The notes below the pieces were generated by a model. It made no database searches, was not told the DNA's origin, and was given only the letters and a program-made list of their open reading frames with translations. This document shows positions 42,709 to 59,992 of a DNA stretch of 64,000 nucleotides, piece by piece; the first letter of the stretch is position 1, and each line of letters starts with the position of its first letter. This DNA is from Octopus vulgaris (Eukaryota): NCBI GenBank assembly GCA_951406725.2, contig OX597815.1, forward strand, positions 70,308,001 through 70,372,000, given 5' to 3'. The translations under genes and the position numbers were made by a program.

Positions 42709-43440
42709 GTGTCTATTGAAGAGTTTCCTATCACCAGCCCAACAATAAGGAAAAGGAATAATAGAAATAGGAAGGTCATCTGGTTTACGCCCCCTTACTC
42801 ACCCGAGGTGGCCTTCAATATAGGTAAATATTTCCTAGCACTGATAGATAGACATTTTCCAGTTAACCATGCTTATAGGAAACTCTTCAATAGACACAAT
42901 TTAAAAATTAGTTTTAGTTCAACTACCAATTTTAAAAACATAATCAATCATAACATACAAAAAACACAAGAAGAAAACAGCTGTTCATGCAGGAATAAAG
43001 AATTGTGCCCGCTAAATGGAGCTTGCATGTCCAAGACCATCATATATGAAGCTACCGTAAACTCTATAACCACTAAAGACACCGTTTCGACGAAGAAATA
43101 CGTGGGCCTGACAGAGGGTAATTTCAAGGCCAGGTTCAATAACCACACTTTGAGCTTTAGGCACTGGAACAAAAGAAAAGCGACACAATTATCCAATCAT
43201 ATTTGGTCTTTAAGAGATAAAGGTGTCGATTATAACATACAATGGAAGATTTTGGCCAGATGTAAGCCCTATACTAACGGCAGCGGAAGGTGCGGTTTAT
43301 GCGACATGGAGAGATGGCTTATCTGGAAAAGCAGCTTAGACCCTACCACATGTCTAAATACAAGGACAGAGCTTTTCGGATCATGCCCACATGTGACTAA
43401 ATTTCTGTTACGTTTTTGGTCCCCTAAAGAAAACGGATAG
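42709..43440 (+). CDS. PLE RT-thumb/linker plus GIY-YIG endonuclease (probably Hydra-clade), 5'-truncated
   Basis: IWFTPPYS, CSCRNKELCPLNGAC linker, IIYEAT, YVGLTEGNFKARFNNH, RCGLC, LN.R.EL...C.H. The first 7 codons derive from the inverted segment. Confidence 0.85.
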   Translation: MSIEEFPITSPTIRKRNNRNRKVIWFTPPYSPEVAFNIGKYFLALIDRHFPVNHAYRKLFNRHNLKISFSSTTNFKNIINHNIQKTQEENSCSCRNKELCPLNGACMSKTIIYEATVNSITTKDTVSTKKYVGLTEGNFKARFNNHTLSFRHWNKRKATQLSNHIWSLRDKGVDYNIQWKILARCKPYTNGSGRCGLCDMERWLIWKSSLDPTTCLNTRTELFGSCPHVTKFLLRFWSPKENG

Positions 43441-43634
43441 AACATGCTTTCTGTGTTATGTCCCAAGAAGATTTTATATATTTTTATATATTTTTATATA
43501 TTTTTATGTATTTTTATATAATTTTTATGACGAAAAATGCGAGCGATGTATAAGTACGCAGGCAAAGCAGAGTTATAACAGAGTAATTTCCCTTCATTTT
43601 TAACGGTATTTTTTCATAACGTTTTCAAATAGCC

Positions 43635-43697
43635 AGATAACCGAAGAGATGGTGTTGTGGATTTCCACTTCGGCATCTGAAACTCAGAGTTTTATCT
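43635..43697 (+). ncRNA. pLTR hammerhead (CCGAAGA core)
   Basis: AGATAA-CCGAAGA-GATG...CATC-T-GAA-ACTC a GAGT-T-TTATCT; inverted copy at 42363-42425. Confidence 0.8.
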
Positions 43698-43795
43698 TGA
43701 CTACCGAGTAATGTAACATATTGTATAGATAAATTTCCTCTATTTACATAATATTGAGGTCTCTTTCTTTCTTTTGTTATCTTACCGTTTTATCA

Positions 43796-43828
<33 letters not shown>

Positions 43829-44140
43829 TATAGCTGCCTACCTACATATACATATATATAGTATAGGACAATCAGTAAGTTATCATAATAAAACTCAAAA
43901 TTTCAAAGGCCGGAGCTAAGAGCTTCGAGGCATTTTCATCGGCTATTTTGATGATAGTCGGTATGAAAAAAAACCGTTGAATAAAAGGAAAGTTACTCTA
44001 ATAGGAATGAAAAAATATAAAAGATATAAAATGTAAAAGATAAAACGATTTATAAAAAATACACGCAACCACATTCCCACAATAGATAGAAACCGTCTGC
44101 GTTCGTAAAATCTATATACGTACACACTCACACAGGCATG

Positions 44141-44196
<56 letters not shown>

Positions 44197-44316
44197 TACT
44201 CACATTTATAGGCTCATATACACATCTCTCTCTGCACACACACATATATACATATACATGTATATACATTACACACGACCACACTACGCACCACCACACC
44301 ACAAACCACCATACCT

Positions 44317-44542
44317 ATTTCTTTATTACCCACAAGGGGCTAAAGACAGAGGGGACAAACAAGGACAGACATAGGTATTAAGTCGATTACATCGACCCCA
44401 GTGCGTAACTGGTACTTAATTTATCGACCCCGAAAGGATGAAAGGCAAAGTCCACCTCGGCGGAATTTGAACTCAGAACGTAACGACAGACGAAATACGG
44501 CTACGCATTTCGCCCGGCGTGCTAACGTTTCTGCCAGCTCGC
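44317..44542 (-). mobile_element. SINE family B copy
   Basis: Reverse complement of 63123-63355. Confidence 0.88.
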
Positions 44543-45203
44543 CACAAACCACCATACCACACCACATCACACCACCCCGCATACACTAGCATTGACCACT
44601 TCCCAGCACATACATCATCTACCACACATCTACACATGCACACACGCACACGTGAATGTCACCAGCCCCTTCCACACAAATATACACACTCTCGCATACA
44701 CACGCGCACCTTGGTTTTGGGATCACCACTACTTTATTATCTCCCCTTCTTCCTACCTCTCCTGTGTGACACCTCTATCCGGCATTCGCCATGATTGATC
44801 GCTAGCCACTAAACCTTTTTCTATTTTCTCTCCCTGTTTATTTCTGTGTTCCTTTCTGTCGAAGAGCGTACACTCAAAACGTAAAAGACTTTCTCACTCG
44901 AGCGTTAAACTAATACATCTGTTTGTCGTTTACACACCCGTCTTTGTCTTTTATTTTCTGTAAATTTTCACTATATATGGATATATATATGTGTGTGTGT
45001 GTGTATGTGTGTGTGTGTATGTGTATGTGTGTGTGTGTGAGTGTGTGTGTGTGTATACGTACATATATATATATATATATATATATATGCATACGTACAT
45101 ACATACATACATACATATATATATATACTGGAGTAAACACATAAATGTGAAACAAGGTGGAAAAAAGAGTACTCAAATACCAGTGGTAGAGTAATACCAA
45201 AAA

Positions 45204-45241
45204 CTGTCCGACGAACGGGAGCGTGAAACTCAGAGTAACAG
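45204..45241 (+). ncRNA. 38-nt minimal hammerhead (CCGACGA core)
   Basis: CTGT-CCGACGA-ACG ggag CGT-GAA-ACTC a GAGT-A-ACAG; all stems pair. Confidence 0.8.
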
Positions 45242-45504
45242 GTTTTGTTAAATTTTCTGCTGCTTTTGAATAATATATATATATATATATATAACGGGAA
45301 GCTTTATGAAAATAAAACAAAAGACGAAGGCAGGTGGAGTACAAACAAACAACTGTATTAGTATGGCGCTCAGGAATATAAATAAAACAAGTCTTTTACG
45401 TTTCGAGCCTACGCACTTCAACAGAAAGATACACAGAAAAGAAACGCGGAGAGAAACAAGGAGAGAAAAAAAATGCGTGCAGAAGCTAGCGATTCAACAT
45501 GGCG

Positions 45505-45543
<39 letters not shown>

Positions 45544-46184
45544 CAATTTGAAAAATCCACCAGAATGGACGAAAGCGCTAATATATGATATATGATATAA
45601 GTTATATGATGTATAAAAACATGTAATACACAAATAAATATATGTAAATATAAAACCATCCGAATTTCTGAGTATCTTATTTCTTCTAATATATAATACC
45701 AGTACATCATCTCCAAACCTTCTAATATATATATATATACATATATATGTATGTATGTACATATATGTATGTATGTATATGCATACATACATATTTATAT
45801 GTACGTATGTATGCATGTATGTATGTATGTATGTATGTATGTACGTATGTATGTATGTATGTATGTATGTATGTACGTATGTATGTATGTATGTATGTGT
45901 TCACACAATAACTGCTACCTGATTATTATCGTTAATCATCACCAAATCACGTCCGGTCATGTCATATTGAAATATAGAATGGAATGAAGGGAAGAGGTGG
46001 AGGAGGCTGTTGAAGTTGGGTTTCACTTGTGTCTCGTTATTTTTTCTCTCAACTTCCTTTTACCCCACCTTTACCTCCCCCATCTAACACAACTCGCTTC
46101 TCTCACTGTTATTCATTCTCTTCTGTGACACATTGAAATAGTTCTGATGACGGTGATATTGTACCGACAACAAAATAATGATCG

Positions 46185-46532
<348 letters not shown>

Positions 46533-47145
46533 TGGTGGAGATGGTGATGGTGGTGGAGATGATGAAGCCGTGGACGAGGATGTTAATGATGGAAATTGCG
46601 GTGATTATGATGATAATGATGTTGATGGCGGCGACTATGACGAGTGTCGTGATGGCGATAACGTCGAGATCGACAACACAGGCAGCCCTTGATAGCGGCC
46701 GTGACGTGGTGAGAGTGCGGTTCAACAGGAAATAAATGTATATGGGTGTGGGAAAATGCTGGTCAATGAAGAGCGTGACTCGTGTGTATACAGTAAGAGG
46801 TGAAATGTGGAGAGAGAGGGGATGGGGAGGAGAGAGAAAAGTAGAAGTAAAAGATGAAGAGGTAAGCGTTGTAATGATCTGAAGCAGAGGGAAAAGGAAA
46901 TAGAGAAGGATAAAAAAGATATATATGCGTGATAGGTAGAGAAGAAGGGGCATAAGTAAAGAACTGTGAGGTACAGATAGTGAAGGCTAGAGGAGAACAG
47001 AGGGGAAAGAGAGAGAGAGAGAGAGTATGTGTGTGTGTGTGTGTGTGTATGTGTGTGTGTATGTGTGTGTGTGTGTGTGTGTGATGGTGTAGAAACATAG
47101 ATAGAGAGTATGAGTAACTGAGTGAACAGAGACGGTGTGTGTGTA

Positions 47146-48054
47146 TCTTACTATAATTGGTGTTATGTCCGTCTGTCAGTCTGTTCTCACTTCACGGTCA
47201 AACGGCTCGTCCAATGGTCACGGTGTTTTTCGGGATTACGAAGGAGGTAATCAGGAAGGTTTTTTTATTAATAGCGAAAAAAATGCGAAAATTATGATTA
47301 TTTAGTGGATATTTAGTTTTGTATTAATAAATCACTTTTCGACGGTCATTCGGAATGCTCACAGCAGCCATATTCCTACCACTCTATGTCACGCTGGTGA
47401 GACCCATATTGGAGTATGGGATTCAAGCCTCTTCTCCTTATTTCCTCAAAGACATACAGCATCTCGAAAGAGTACAGAAGCTGGCTACCCGCATGGTTCA
47501 TGGTCTCAAAAATTTGTCCTACGAAGAAAGGCTGAGGACGCTCGACCTTTATTCTCTTGAAAAACGCCGCCGCCGTGGTGATCTCATTCTCGCCCACAAC
47601 ATCATAAGCGGAAAGTGTAACCTCTCGAAAGAGCTGTTCTTCACTCCTGCTCCAGAGCGTCGGCTGCGGGGTCATTCCGAAAAGCTCTACCTGCGACGAT
47701 TTCATCTCAATCGAAGGAGAGGAGCTTTCTCCGTCCGGGTTGCGGATCCGTGGAACAAGCTGCCAGACGAGATGGTGAAGATGCCGACGACCGCTTTGTT
47801 CAAAGCCTCCTGGACCTCAAGTGGCCTGAACTCTTTACATGAACACCACCCTGTACTTAACTCCATGTCCCCCTACATGGCCTTGCTATTTGCTTTTGAG
47901 CCAAATTAACTAACTAACTTTTGATTTATTTTCGTTAAAATTCCGGCGAAGAGGATTTACTCTGGATCCCCATCCCCGTGAAGTTCGCGATTTTAGAGGG
48001 TTTAGATTTGCGATATCATCCCTTTATTTCCCATCGTAGATGAGCAGATTTACT
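47146..48054 (+). mobile_element. Non-autonomous Helitron copy 1, interrupted by a LINE
   Basis: 5' TCTTACTATAAT..gttatgtccgtctgtc..cacggtcaaacgg; 3' cccatcgtagatg hairpin plus gatttact. Confidence 0.7.
47336..47920 (+). mobile_element. CR1-clade LINE 3' fragment
   Basis: LY.TLVRPILEY...SPY..KDI..LERVQK.ATRMV..LSYEERL..L.LYSLE.RR.RGDLI; ends in (taac)n. Confidence 0.88.
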
Positions 48055-48949
48055 TCTTACTATAATGGGTGTTATGCTTGTCTGTCTGTCCGTCTCTTTG
48101 TTCCCTCTTCACGGTCAGACTGTTGGACCAATGGTTACGATATTTTTCGGGATTACAAAGACGGTCTTCAGAAAGTATGATTATTTTGTGGATATCGATT
48201 TTTGAATTGATAAACCACCTTCGCATTTTTATTAAAAATTCACAGACCACAAGAAACTCTAGATTTTTAGTTTATGGCCCCATCATAGATACGAAGGGGG
48301 TTGCGAAGACGCTTAATAGCGAAAATAAAACAGAAAAAAGTGTGTGTCAGTATATAGTGTGTATGATTATTTAGTGGTTATTGAAGTGCGTCAGTCTCGA
48401 GTAGGATTCGAAACGGCTAATCGAAGCCGTTTTTACATCTCAGTTTTGTCAATCAAAATAATTCATGGTACCAGAACAGCCAGACATTATTCGCATAGAA
48501 CAGTGAGAAGTAAGTCTTAGTTTGATTTTTTTGCAACCTTAAAGATTCCGGTCGCGCATCCACATCAAACAAGGCACAGGGCCAGACTTTAGATCGTGTA
48601 AGTGTATTTTTACCCACTCCGGTTTTTACACACGGCCAGTTATACGTCTCTGAGTAGAATAACGGACTTCAGTAATTTGAAAATTAGTGTCGACCAAACA
48701 GAAAATATCGTCTACAAAGAAGTTTTGTTATCATATTGATATTATAGAAAGGAATATGATTCATAATTTAAATAAGGAAATTTGTGAACTTTGAATGTAT
48801 AAGAGTATAAACAAGCGTAAAATAGTGTAAACAACTAAAATGAAAGTATATCTGAATAACATTCTTTTACTTAATGCTTTTTATGTAGTGGTCGATGGAA
48901 ACTCTGGCTTTCGTTTTATGCTCCCATCGTAGATGGATAGATTTACTAG
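48055..48949 (+). mobile_element. Non-autonomous Helitron copy 2
   Basis: Same 5' TCTTACTATAAT start; 3' ccatc gta gatgg hairpin then atttaCTAG|T at 48946-48949. Confidence 0.75.
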
Positions 48950-49909
48950 TATATTTAATAAAAACATATCGAGAAATGGAGTTAGTAAATTCCTTTTACT
49001 ACATTGTTTACAATTGTTTTATCATACGCCATGTTATTAACAAGCCAACAGATATTGATTTATTACCATGTACAATTCAAGGCAGATTTAACTCATCAGA
49101 ATCTACAGACATGCTAACATCATGATGCAAGGTTGGTTTTGACGGAAATAGATGAAACAATTGTAAACAATATAGTAAAAGGAATTTACTGTTTCCATTC
49201 AGCGATGCGTTTTATTATATATACTCTTTGTTCTGTGGATATTCAGATTATTGGGGGTAGTAGCGTCTTAACGAAGCTTTCACCTTTTCAATTTTTAGAT
49301 GTCCATTGTTAGTAGTAGCGCTGCACAAGGCACACGCCTGGATGATATATCACAGTTCACTTACTTTGTATGCGTGTGTGTGTTTTGATCAAAATACACG
49401 CTATTCTAGTAAATCCATTCTGTCAACTTAAATAGTAGCAGAATCACTGTAAATATTTTTGAACCGTGGATTTTGAACTATGCTAAATCATTTCGAGTGT
49501 TCTTTATTTTGAAGTTTATGAATTCATCTGACGAAAACGGTTTCTTTACAATGATGTAATGTTTTCATTAATCAAATAAAGGAGTCGTTAGAGACAGCTT
49601 AAATTGATTGGCATATGTATCTCTACTGTTACTCATTTATATTTTATTCACCTGTCTCGGAATCTGCTCTTCGTAAATATCATGGACGGTATATTTAATA
49701 TTATGTACGTCTGAATAACTCAAGAGCGGATTTCTTCACTCAGTTGGATCTAATTGTCTACATACACTGCAAGAATATCATTCGGCTGGTACTTATGTGC
49801 CAAGTTTGATATTCATACAATATTGTTGTGTTGTGTGTGTGTATTACTCCGACTGAACAAGGTGCCTCAATTTAAGTACCTAATTCAACTGAATCTTACT
49901 TATATTTAT

Positions 49910-50140
49910 TTTACTCTTTTATTGGTTTCAGTCATTTGACTGCGACCATGCTGGAGCACTGCCTTTAGTCGAACAAATCGACCCCAGGACTTATTCTTTG
50001 TAAGCCTTGTACTTATTCTATCGGACTTTTTTGTCGAACCGCTAAGTTACGGGGACGTAAGCACACCAACATCGGTTGTCAAGTGACGGTGGGAGAACAA
50101 ACACAGACACACAAACACACAAACACACACACACATATGT

Positions 50141-50187
<47 letters not shown>

Positions 50188-50210
50188 TATATATATATAT
50201 ACACACACAC

Positions 50211-50278
<68 letters not shown>

Positions 50279-50438
50279 GACAGGCTTCTTTCAATTCCCG
50301 TGTACCAAATCCACTCACAAGGCTTTGGTCGGCCCGAGGCTAGAGGAGAAGACATATACTCAAGGTGCCACTTAGTGGGACTGAACCCGGAACCATGTGG
50401 TTGGTAAGCAAGCTTCTTACCACACAGCCACACCTGCA

Positions 50439-50440
<2 letters not shown>
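49910..50440 (-). mobile_element. SINE family A copy
   Basis: Reverse complement of 20632-21080. Confidence 0.85.
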
Positions 50441-50490
<50 letters not shown>

Positions 50491-50836
50491 AATATGCATA
50501 CATAGCAATTATGCAGATAAACAAATTATATATATTAAATATAATACCTTGGGTATGAAATCCAAAATATGTATATATGAATACATGCAAAATGAGAGAA
50601 AGCAAAGAGTGGAGACTTTCAGATGATGAATATAATATATATTAACAGATCCAACTTATTCAGCGTACAAACGACAAAGATTAAAGGAAATGAAGAATCG
50701 GTCCCCTGTAAAGACATCAAAGTCTAAGTTTGAATCATTTGGGTGCTACTAAGTGTCTTCTATACTGAGAATCTTTCGATCTCATCTGTTGACTATAATA
50801 TACATACATATATATGTACACATACATATTCTTCTT

Positions 50837-51965
<1,129 letters not shown>

Positions 51966-51990
51966 TATTATTATTATTATTATTATTATT

Positions 51991-55094
<3,104 letters not shown>

Positions 55095-55232
55095 TCTTTG
55101 GCATAGCAATTCTAATAACTTCGTGTTAGAACTCAACATAAGTATACTTCAGAACAAAGCACCAGTTGAACACAGCGCAGTATTAAGAAATTAAATATAT
55201 GACAAGGGGAAAAAATTGTCATGAACTTCATT

Positions 55233-55313
55233 AGCTTATAGCTGTTTCTGCTATAAGGTGCAATGCACTCATAGTTGAGTGTTTATGTATACCTCTATAA
55301 CTTCATCGGAGCT
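55233..55313 (-). ncRNA. Hammerhead motif (CCGAUGA core), slightly decayed
   Basis: AGCT-CCGATGA-AGTTATA...TATAGCA-GAA-ACAGCTAT-A-AGCT. Confidence 0.55.
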
Positions 55314-55529
55314 GCAGAAATGAAGTGCAATTTCAAAATTTGCACTTTATTTATATGCAGGCATGGTTTTGGGGTAAAAATTTTGCTTTCCAACCACTTG
55401 AATTCAGTCATACTTTGTGCATCTTGGGCAAAAGTCTTCTACCATAGCGCCGTGACGACCAAAGCCTTGTGAATGAATCTGGTAGACTGTAAAGTTGTAT
55501 ATTTCACAGATGCTGTGTGAAGTATATAT

Positions 55530-55752
55530 ACGAAGTGGGTGTTGAAAAGTTCCTGGCTTTGGGTAAAAGAAACTGCAGGAGGATCAGTCGATTATGATTT
55601 TATCCAACATATTCCCCTCTCAGATTCACACACTTATTGCAGTGGCACTTCAGTTTTTTCTAAGCTCTGTAAGAGAACTCGGAAGGTCGGGCCTCCAACT
55701 AGGTTTTTAGCGACACACTTAGAACCAGGAGCTTTCCGGCAGCTCTTTTTAT
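55530..55752. mobile_element. Decayed mariner-type MITE
   Basis: tacgaag..ggtgttgaaaagttcctgg versus ccaggagctttccggcagc; imperfect TIRs. Confidence 0.5.
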
Positions 55753-55885
55753 ATACATACTCACATACATGAATATATACATATGTACACATGCACGCAT
55801 AATACACATGCGTGCACATATACACACATATTTCCGCTGATTTTTATAAGTAGTAAATTTCTATAAACGTTTCTTCATTTTATCA

Positions 55886-55955
55886 TCCGCTGATGAAGGC
55901 ATCACAGGAATAATTTTAACGATACGCACACTAGAAACGTGAATTTGTGTCCGGA
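55886..55955 (+). ncRNA. Decayed hammerhead motif
   Basis: TCCG-CTGATGA...GAAAC...GTC-CGGA; stem I intact, stem II weak. Confidence 0.45.
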
Positions 55956-55978
55956 AAAGATATATTAACTATAAGTAT

Positions 55979-56033
<55 letters not shown>

Positions 56034-56255
56034 GTGTGTGTATGTGTGTGTGTGTTTGTGTGTGTATGTGTGGTACTTATCTGGACACGTATATTATTTT
56101 CTATATCCATTACATTTTAGTCCTTATGCTCTCCAATATAAAATATATGGAAAGGCGGTACATGTGTGCGTGGGCGTGCGTGTGTATGTGGGTGTACAGG
56201 TATGCGTGTACGTGCTTTGTGCGTGTGTGTGTGTATGTGTGTGAGTGAGTGTGTG

Positions 56256-56288
<33 letters not shown>

Positions 56289-56642
56289 GTGTGTGTGCGT
56301 GTGTGTGCGTGAGTGTATTCGTGCATTATGCCCTACTTCTGGAACTATATATGGTATTGAGAGATATTTTTGTAGCCACGAACTGGGGCTCTATTTTAAG
56401 AATAATCTTGATGCTGTGCTTAGCTTAGAGCAGATTATTGAATGCCCCACACGCTAAATATCTGTGTTTGTGTTTGTATGTGCATGTTTGCTACTATACA
56501 TCTGTTGATCTGCAATACGCGCGCGCCAAGACACATACACACACGCACATGTATAAACACATATATATTTACAAATACAGACATAAAAAAAAATTACATG
56601 CATGCGTATATAGAGTATGCTTCTGTGTGTGTGTGCGCGTGC

Positions 56643-56678
<36 letters not shown>

Positions 56679-56679
56679 G

Positions 56680-57200
56680 TGTGAGTGCTTGCTACCCAAC
56701 TCCATTGCTTCCGGGTGCAGTCTCACTGCGTGATACCTTGAGCAAGTGTTTTGTATCGCCTCGGGCGGACCAAAGTGTGGCGAATGGATTTGGTAGATTG
56801 GAAGTTGAGTGTGTATGTGTGTATGTATGTTTGTGTGTTTGTGTTTGTGTTTACGTCCCCATAACCTAAAGGTTTGGCAAAAAGGGACCGATTGAATAAA
56901 TAGCAGGCTTTTAAAAAATAGGTACTGGGATCGATTCATTCGACTAAACATTCTTCAAAGCGGTGCCCAAGCATGACCACAGTCTAATGACTGAAGCAAA
57001 TAGAAGATAAAAGATAAAAAGATATATATATATATATATAGCCGTAGGAGTGGCTGTGGTAAGTAGCTTGCTTACGAACCACATAGTTCCGGGTTCAGTC
57101 CCACTGCGTGGCACCTTGGGCAAGTGTCTTCTACTATAGCTTCGGGCCGACCAAAGCCTTGTGAGTGGATTTGGTAGACGGAAACTGAAAGAAGCCCGTC
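56680..57200 (+). mobile_element. Two SINE family A copies; the second is interrupted at its (TA)n
   Basis: Decayed copy 56680-57020; young 5' half 57041-57200. Confidence 0.8.
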
Positions 57201-57209
57201 GTATATATG

Positions 57210-57264
<55 letters not shown>

Positions 57265-58053
57265 TAAGTAATTAAGGGTTTAGCAACGAATTGCCTCACC
57301 AACACACCGAATTTAGAAATAGCAGTCAAAGAGATATAGCTATTCCTTCTACTAAAAGGGGGATCTCAGTAAAAACACAGCACTTAAAGGCAAACACAGA
57401 CAGGTAAGAAAGAAAGAATGAAATGACGGCAATCCATCATGCAATTTTAAGTTACCTACGGACGTACGTTTCGAGATCAAGTTTTAGGATATCATAAGAA
57501 TTAGAAAATTCTACTTTACCCAGACTTCTTCTTGATCTCGAAACGTACGTCCGTAGGTAACTTAAAATTGCATGATGGATTGCCGTCATTTCATTCTTTC
57601 TTTCTTACCTGTCTGTGTTTGCCTTTAAGTGCTGTGTTTTTACTGAGATCCCCCTTTTAGTAGAAGGAATAGCTATATCTCTTTGACTGCTATTTCTAAA
57701 TTCGGTGTGTTGGTGAGGCAATTCGTTGCTAAACCCTTAATTACTTAGTATTACTTAAAGTTTCCTCGAATGGGGCTTTTACATACCGAAATCTACTTGG
57801 TGTAATTGATAATTATCCCTAATTAATTAATTTCACCCTTTTATTATTACTGATAACCATATTTTATCCCAGTAAATGACCACAGCATTTTGTCTTGGCT
57901 ACACGCGGGTGGAAGGGGGCTGGTGACACAAACTTTCATTCAAACTTTGAATTTCGTGGTACTGGTCATGCTTTGGCTCGCTCTGACACTGAGTTGAGAT
58001 GACGCATTCTAGTATCTCAAAATTTAATATACAATTATTCACAATTGTAGTAT

Positions 58054-58145
58054 CCTGCGCCGATGAGAGAAGAAGTCTGGGTAAAGTAGAATTTTCTAAT
58101 TCTTATGATATCCTAAAACTTGATCTCGAAACGTACGTCCGTAGG
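58054..58145 (+). ncRNA. Type I hammerhead (CCGAUGA core)
   Basis: CCTGCG-CCGATGA-GAGA...TCTC-GAA-ACGTACGT-C-CGTAGG. Confidence 0.85.
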
Positions 58146-58641
58146 TAACTTAAAATTGCATGATGGATTGCCGTCATTTCATTCTTTCTTTCTTACCTGT
58201 CTGTGTTTGCCTTTAAGTGCTGTGTTTTTACTGAGATCCCCCTTTTAGTAGAAGGAATAGCTATATCTCTTTGACTGCTATTTCTAAATTCGGTGTGTTG
58301 GTGAGGCAATTCGTTGCTAAACCCTTAATTACTTAGTATTACTTAAAGTTTCCTCGAATGGGGCTTTTACATACCGAAATCTACTTGGTGTAATTGATAA
58401 TTATCCCTAATTAATTAATTTCACCCTTTTATTATTACTGATAACCATATTTTATCCCAGTAAATGACCACAGCATTTTGTCTTGGCTACACGCGGGTGG
58501 AAGGGGGCTGGTGACACAAACTTTCATTCAAACTTTGAATTTCGTGGTACTGGTCATGCTTTGGCTCGCTCTGACACTGAGTTGAGATGACGCATTCTAG
58601 TATCTCAAAATTTAATATACAATTATTCACAATTGTAGTAT

Positions 58642-58733
58642 CCTGCGCCGATGAGAGAAGAAGTCTGGGTAAAGTAGAATTTTCTAATTCTTATGATATC
58701 CTAAAACTTGATCTCGAAACGTACGTCCGTAGG
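58642..58733 (+). ncRNA. Type I hammerhead, second copy
   Basis: Identical, 588 bp downstream. Confidence 0.85.
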
Positions 58734-59025
58734 TAACTTAAAATTGCATGATGGATTGCCGTCATTTCATTCTTTCTTTCTTACCTGTCTGTGTTTGCCT
58801 TTAAGTGCTGTGTTTTTACTGAGATCCCCCTTTTAGTAGAAGGAATAGCTATATCTCTTTGACTGCTATTTCTAAATTCGGTGTGTTGGTGAGGCAATTC
58901 GTTGCTAAACCCTTAATTACTTAGTATTACTTAAATTTTCCTCGAATGGGGCTTTTACATACCGAAATCTACTTGGTGTAATTGATAATTATCCCTAATT
59001 AATTAATTTCACCCTTTTATTATTA

Positions 59026-59103
<78 letters not shown>

Positions 59104-59170
59104 GGTCCCGGGTTGAGTCGGGGTTAACCACAGTAAATAAGGTACTCAATACATGGCAGAGTAAATTAAT

Positions 59171-59298
59171 TTATTTTATAGAAGGAGCTTCTACAGGACT
59201 AGAACTGTTTCATTCAAATGAAATCATCAGGAAGCTTCCTGATGGTTTCATTTGAATGAAACAGTTCTAGTCCTGTAGAAGCTCCTTCTATAAAATAA
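59171..59298. repeat. 128-bp near-perfect palindrome containing HHR core boxes
   Basis: Centre gaag|cttc; arms CTGATG(A/G)-TTTCATTTGAAT-GAAAC-AGTTCTA-GTC; one mismatch. Confidence 0.85.
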
Positions 59299-59317
59299 TA
59301 TATATATATATATATAT

Positions 59318-59992
59318 AATTTCAACAATTGAGGGTAAAATTAATTAATTAATCAATTTCACCAAGTATTCAGTATACAAAGGGACCATTTAAGGCGAAT
59401 TCAAATTATTACATTATATAAAAGGGCTTAGTAAAATAAATTACTTTGCCGCATACTGAACTCATTAGAAATAGCAGCTAAAACAAACTTTTTAAAACTA
59501 TCTCCAATACTTAAAGAAAATCTCTCTCGTATAGTGTTTGCTCAATTCAACTCACGAAAGTATGAGGGTAGAGACATTAAAAAATCAAATGCAAAGGTTA
59601 TTTGAGAACGTACGTTTCAAGATTAGTCAAATCGACACTTCTATCATCAGCTCAGAACTCCCTGGTTTGGATTTGAAAACACTGAAAGCGGGAACATACC
59701 CTTTCGGCCTGTTATCGCTTCTGAAGATCTGTTCAAAACTAACAGTGTTAGCAAATTCAAATATGCAAACGAAGAATTTCTGCTCTCCCCTTTCCACCAG
59801 CGTGGGTTAAAATCAGCAAACATTATGCTTTTTTTCGGTAAAATCCGAGGCATTATATAGAGAGAGATGAATTATAATTTCAACAATTGAGGGTAAAATT
59901 AATTAATTAATCAATTTCACCAAGTATTCAGTATACAAAGGGACCATTTAAGGCGAATTCAAATTATTACATTATATAAAAGGGCTTAGTAA

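Larger units (their letters stand above)
57262..59031 (+). mobile_element. Tandem HHR array (588 bp period, ~2.55 units) with 5' inverted partial unit
   Basis: tgatctcgaaac at 57533, 58121 and 58709; 57262-57481 is the reverse complement of 57531-57750; (TA)n flanks; no ORF. Confidence 0.92.

Noticed and set aside
57531-59031. CRISPR-like array or satellite
   Set aside because: Units are 588 bp and identical with no variable spacers; the context is eukaryotic and an HHR element explains it better.
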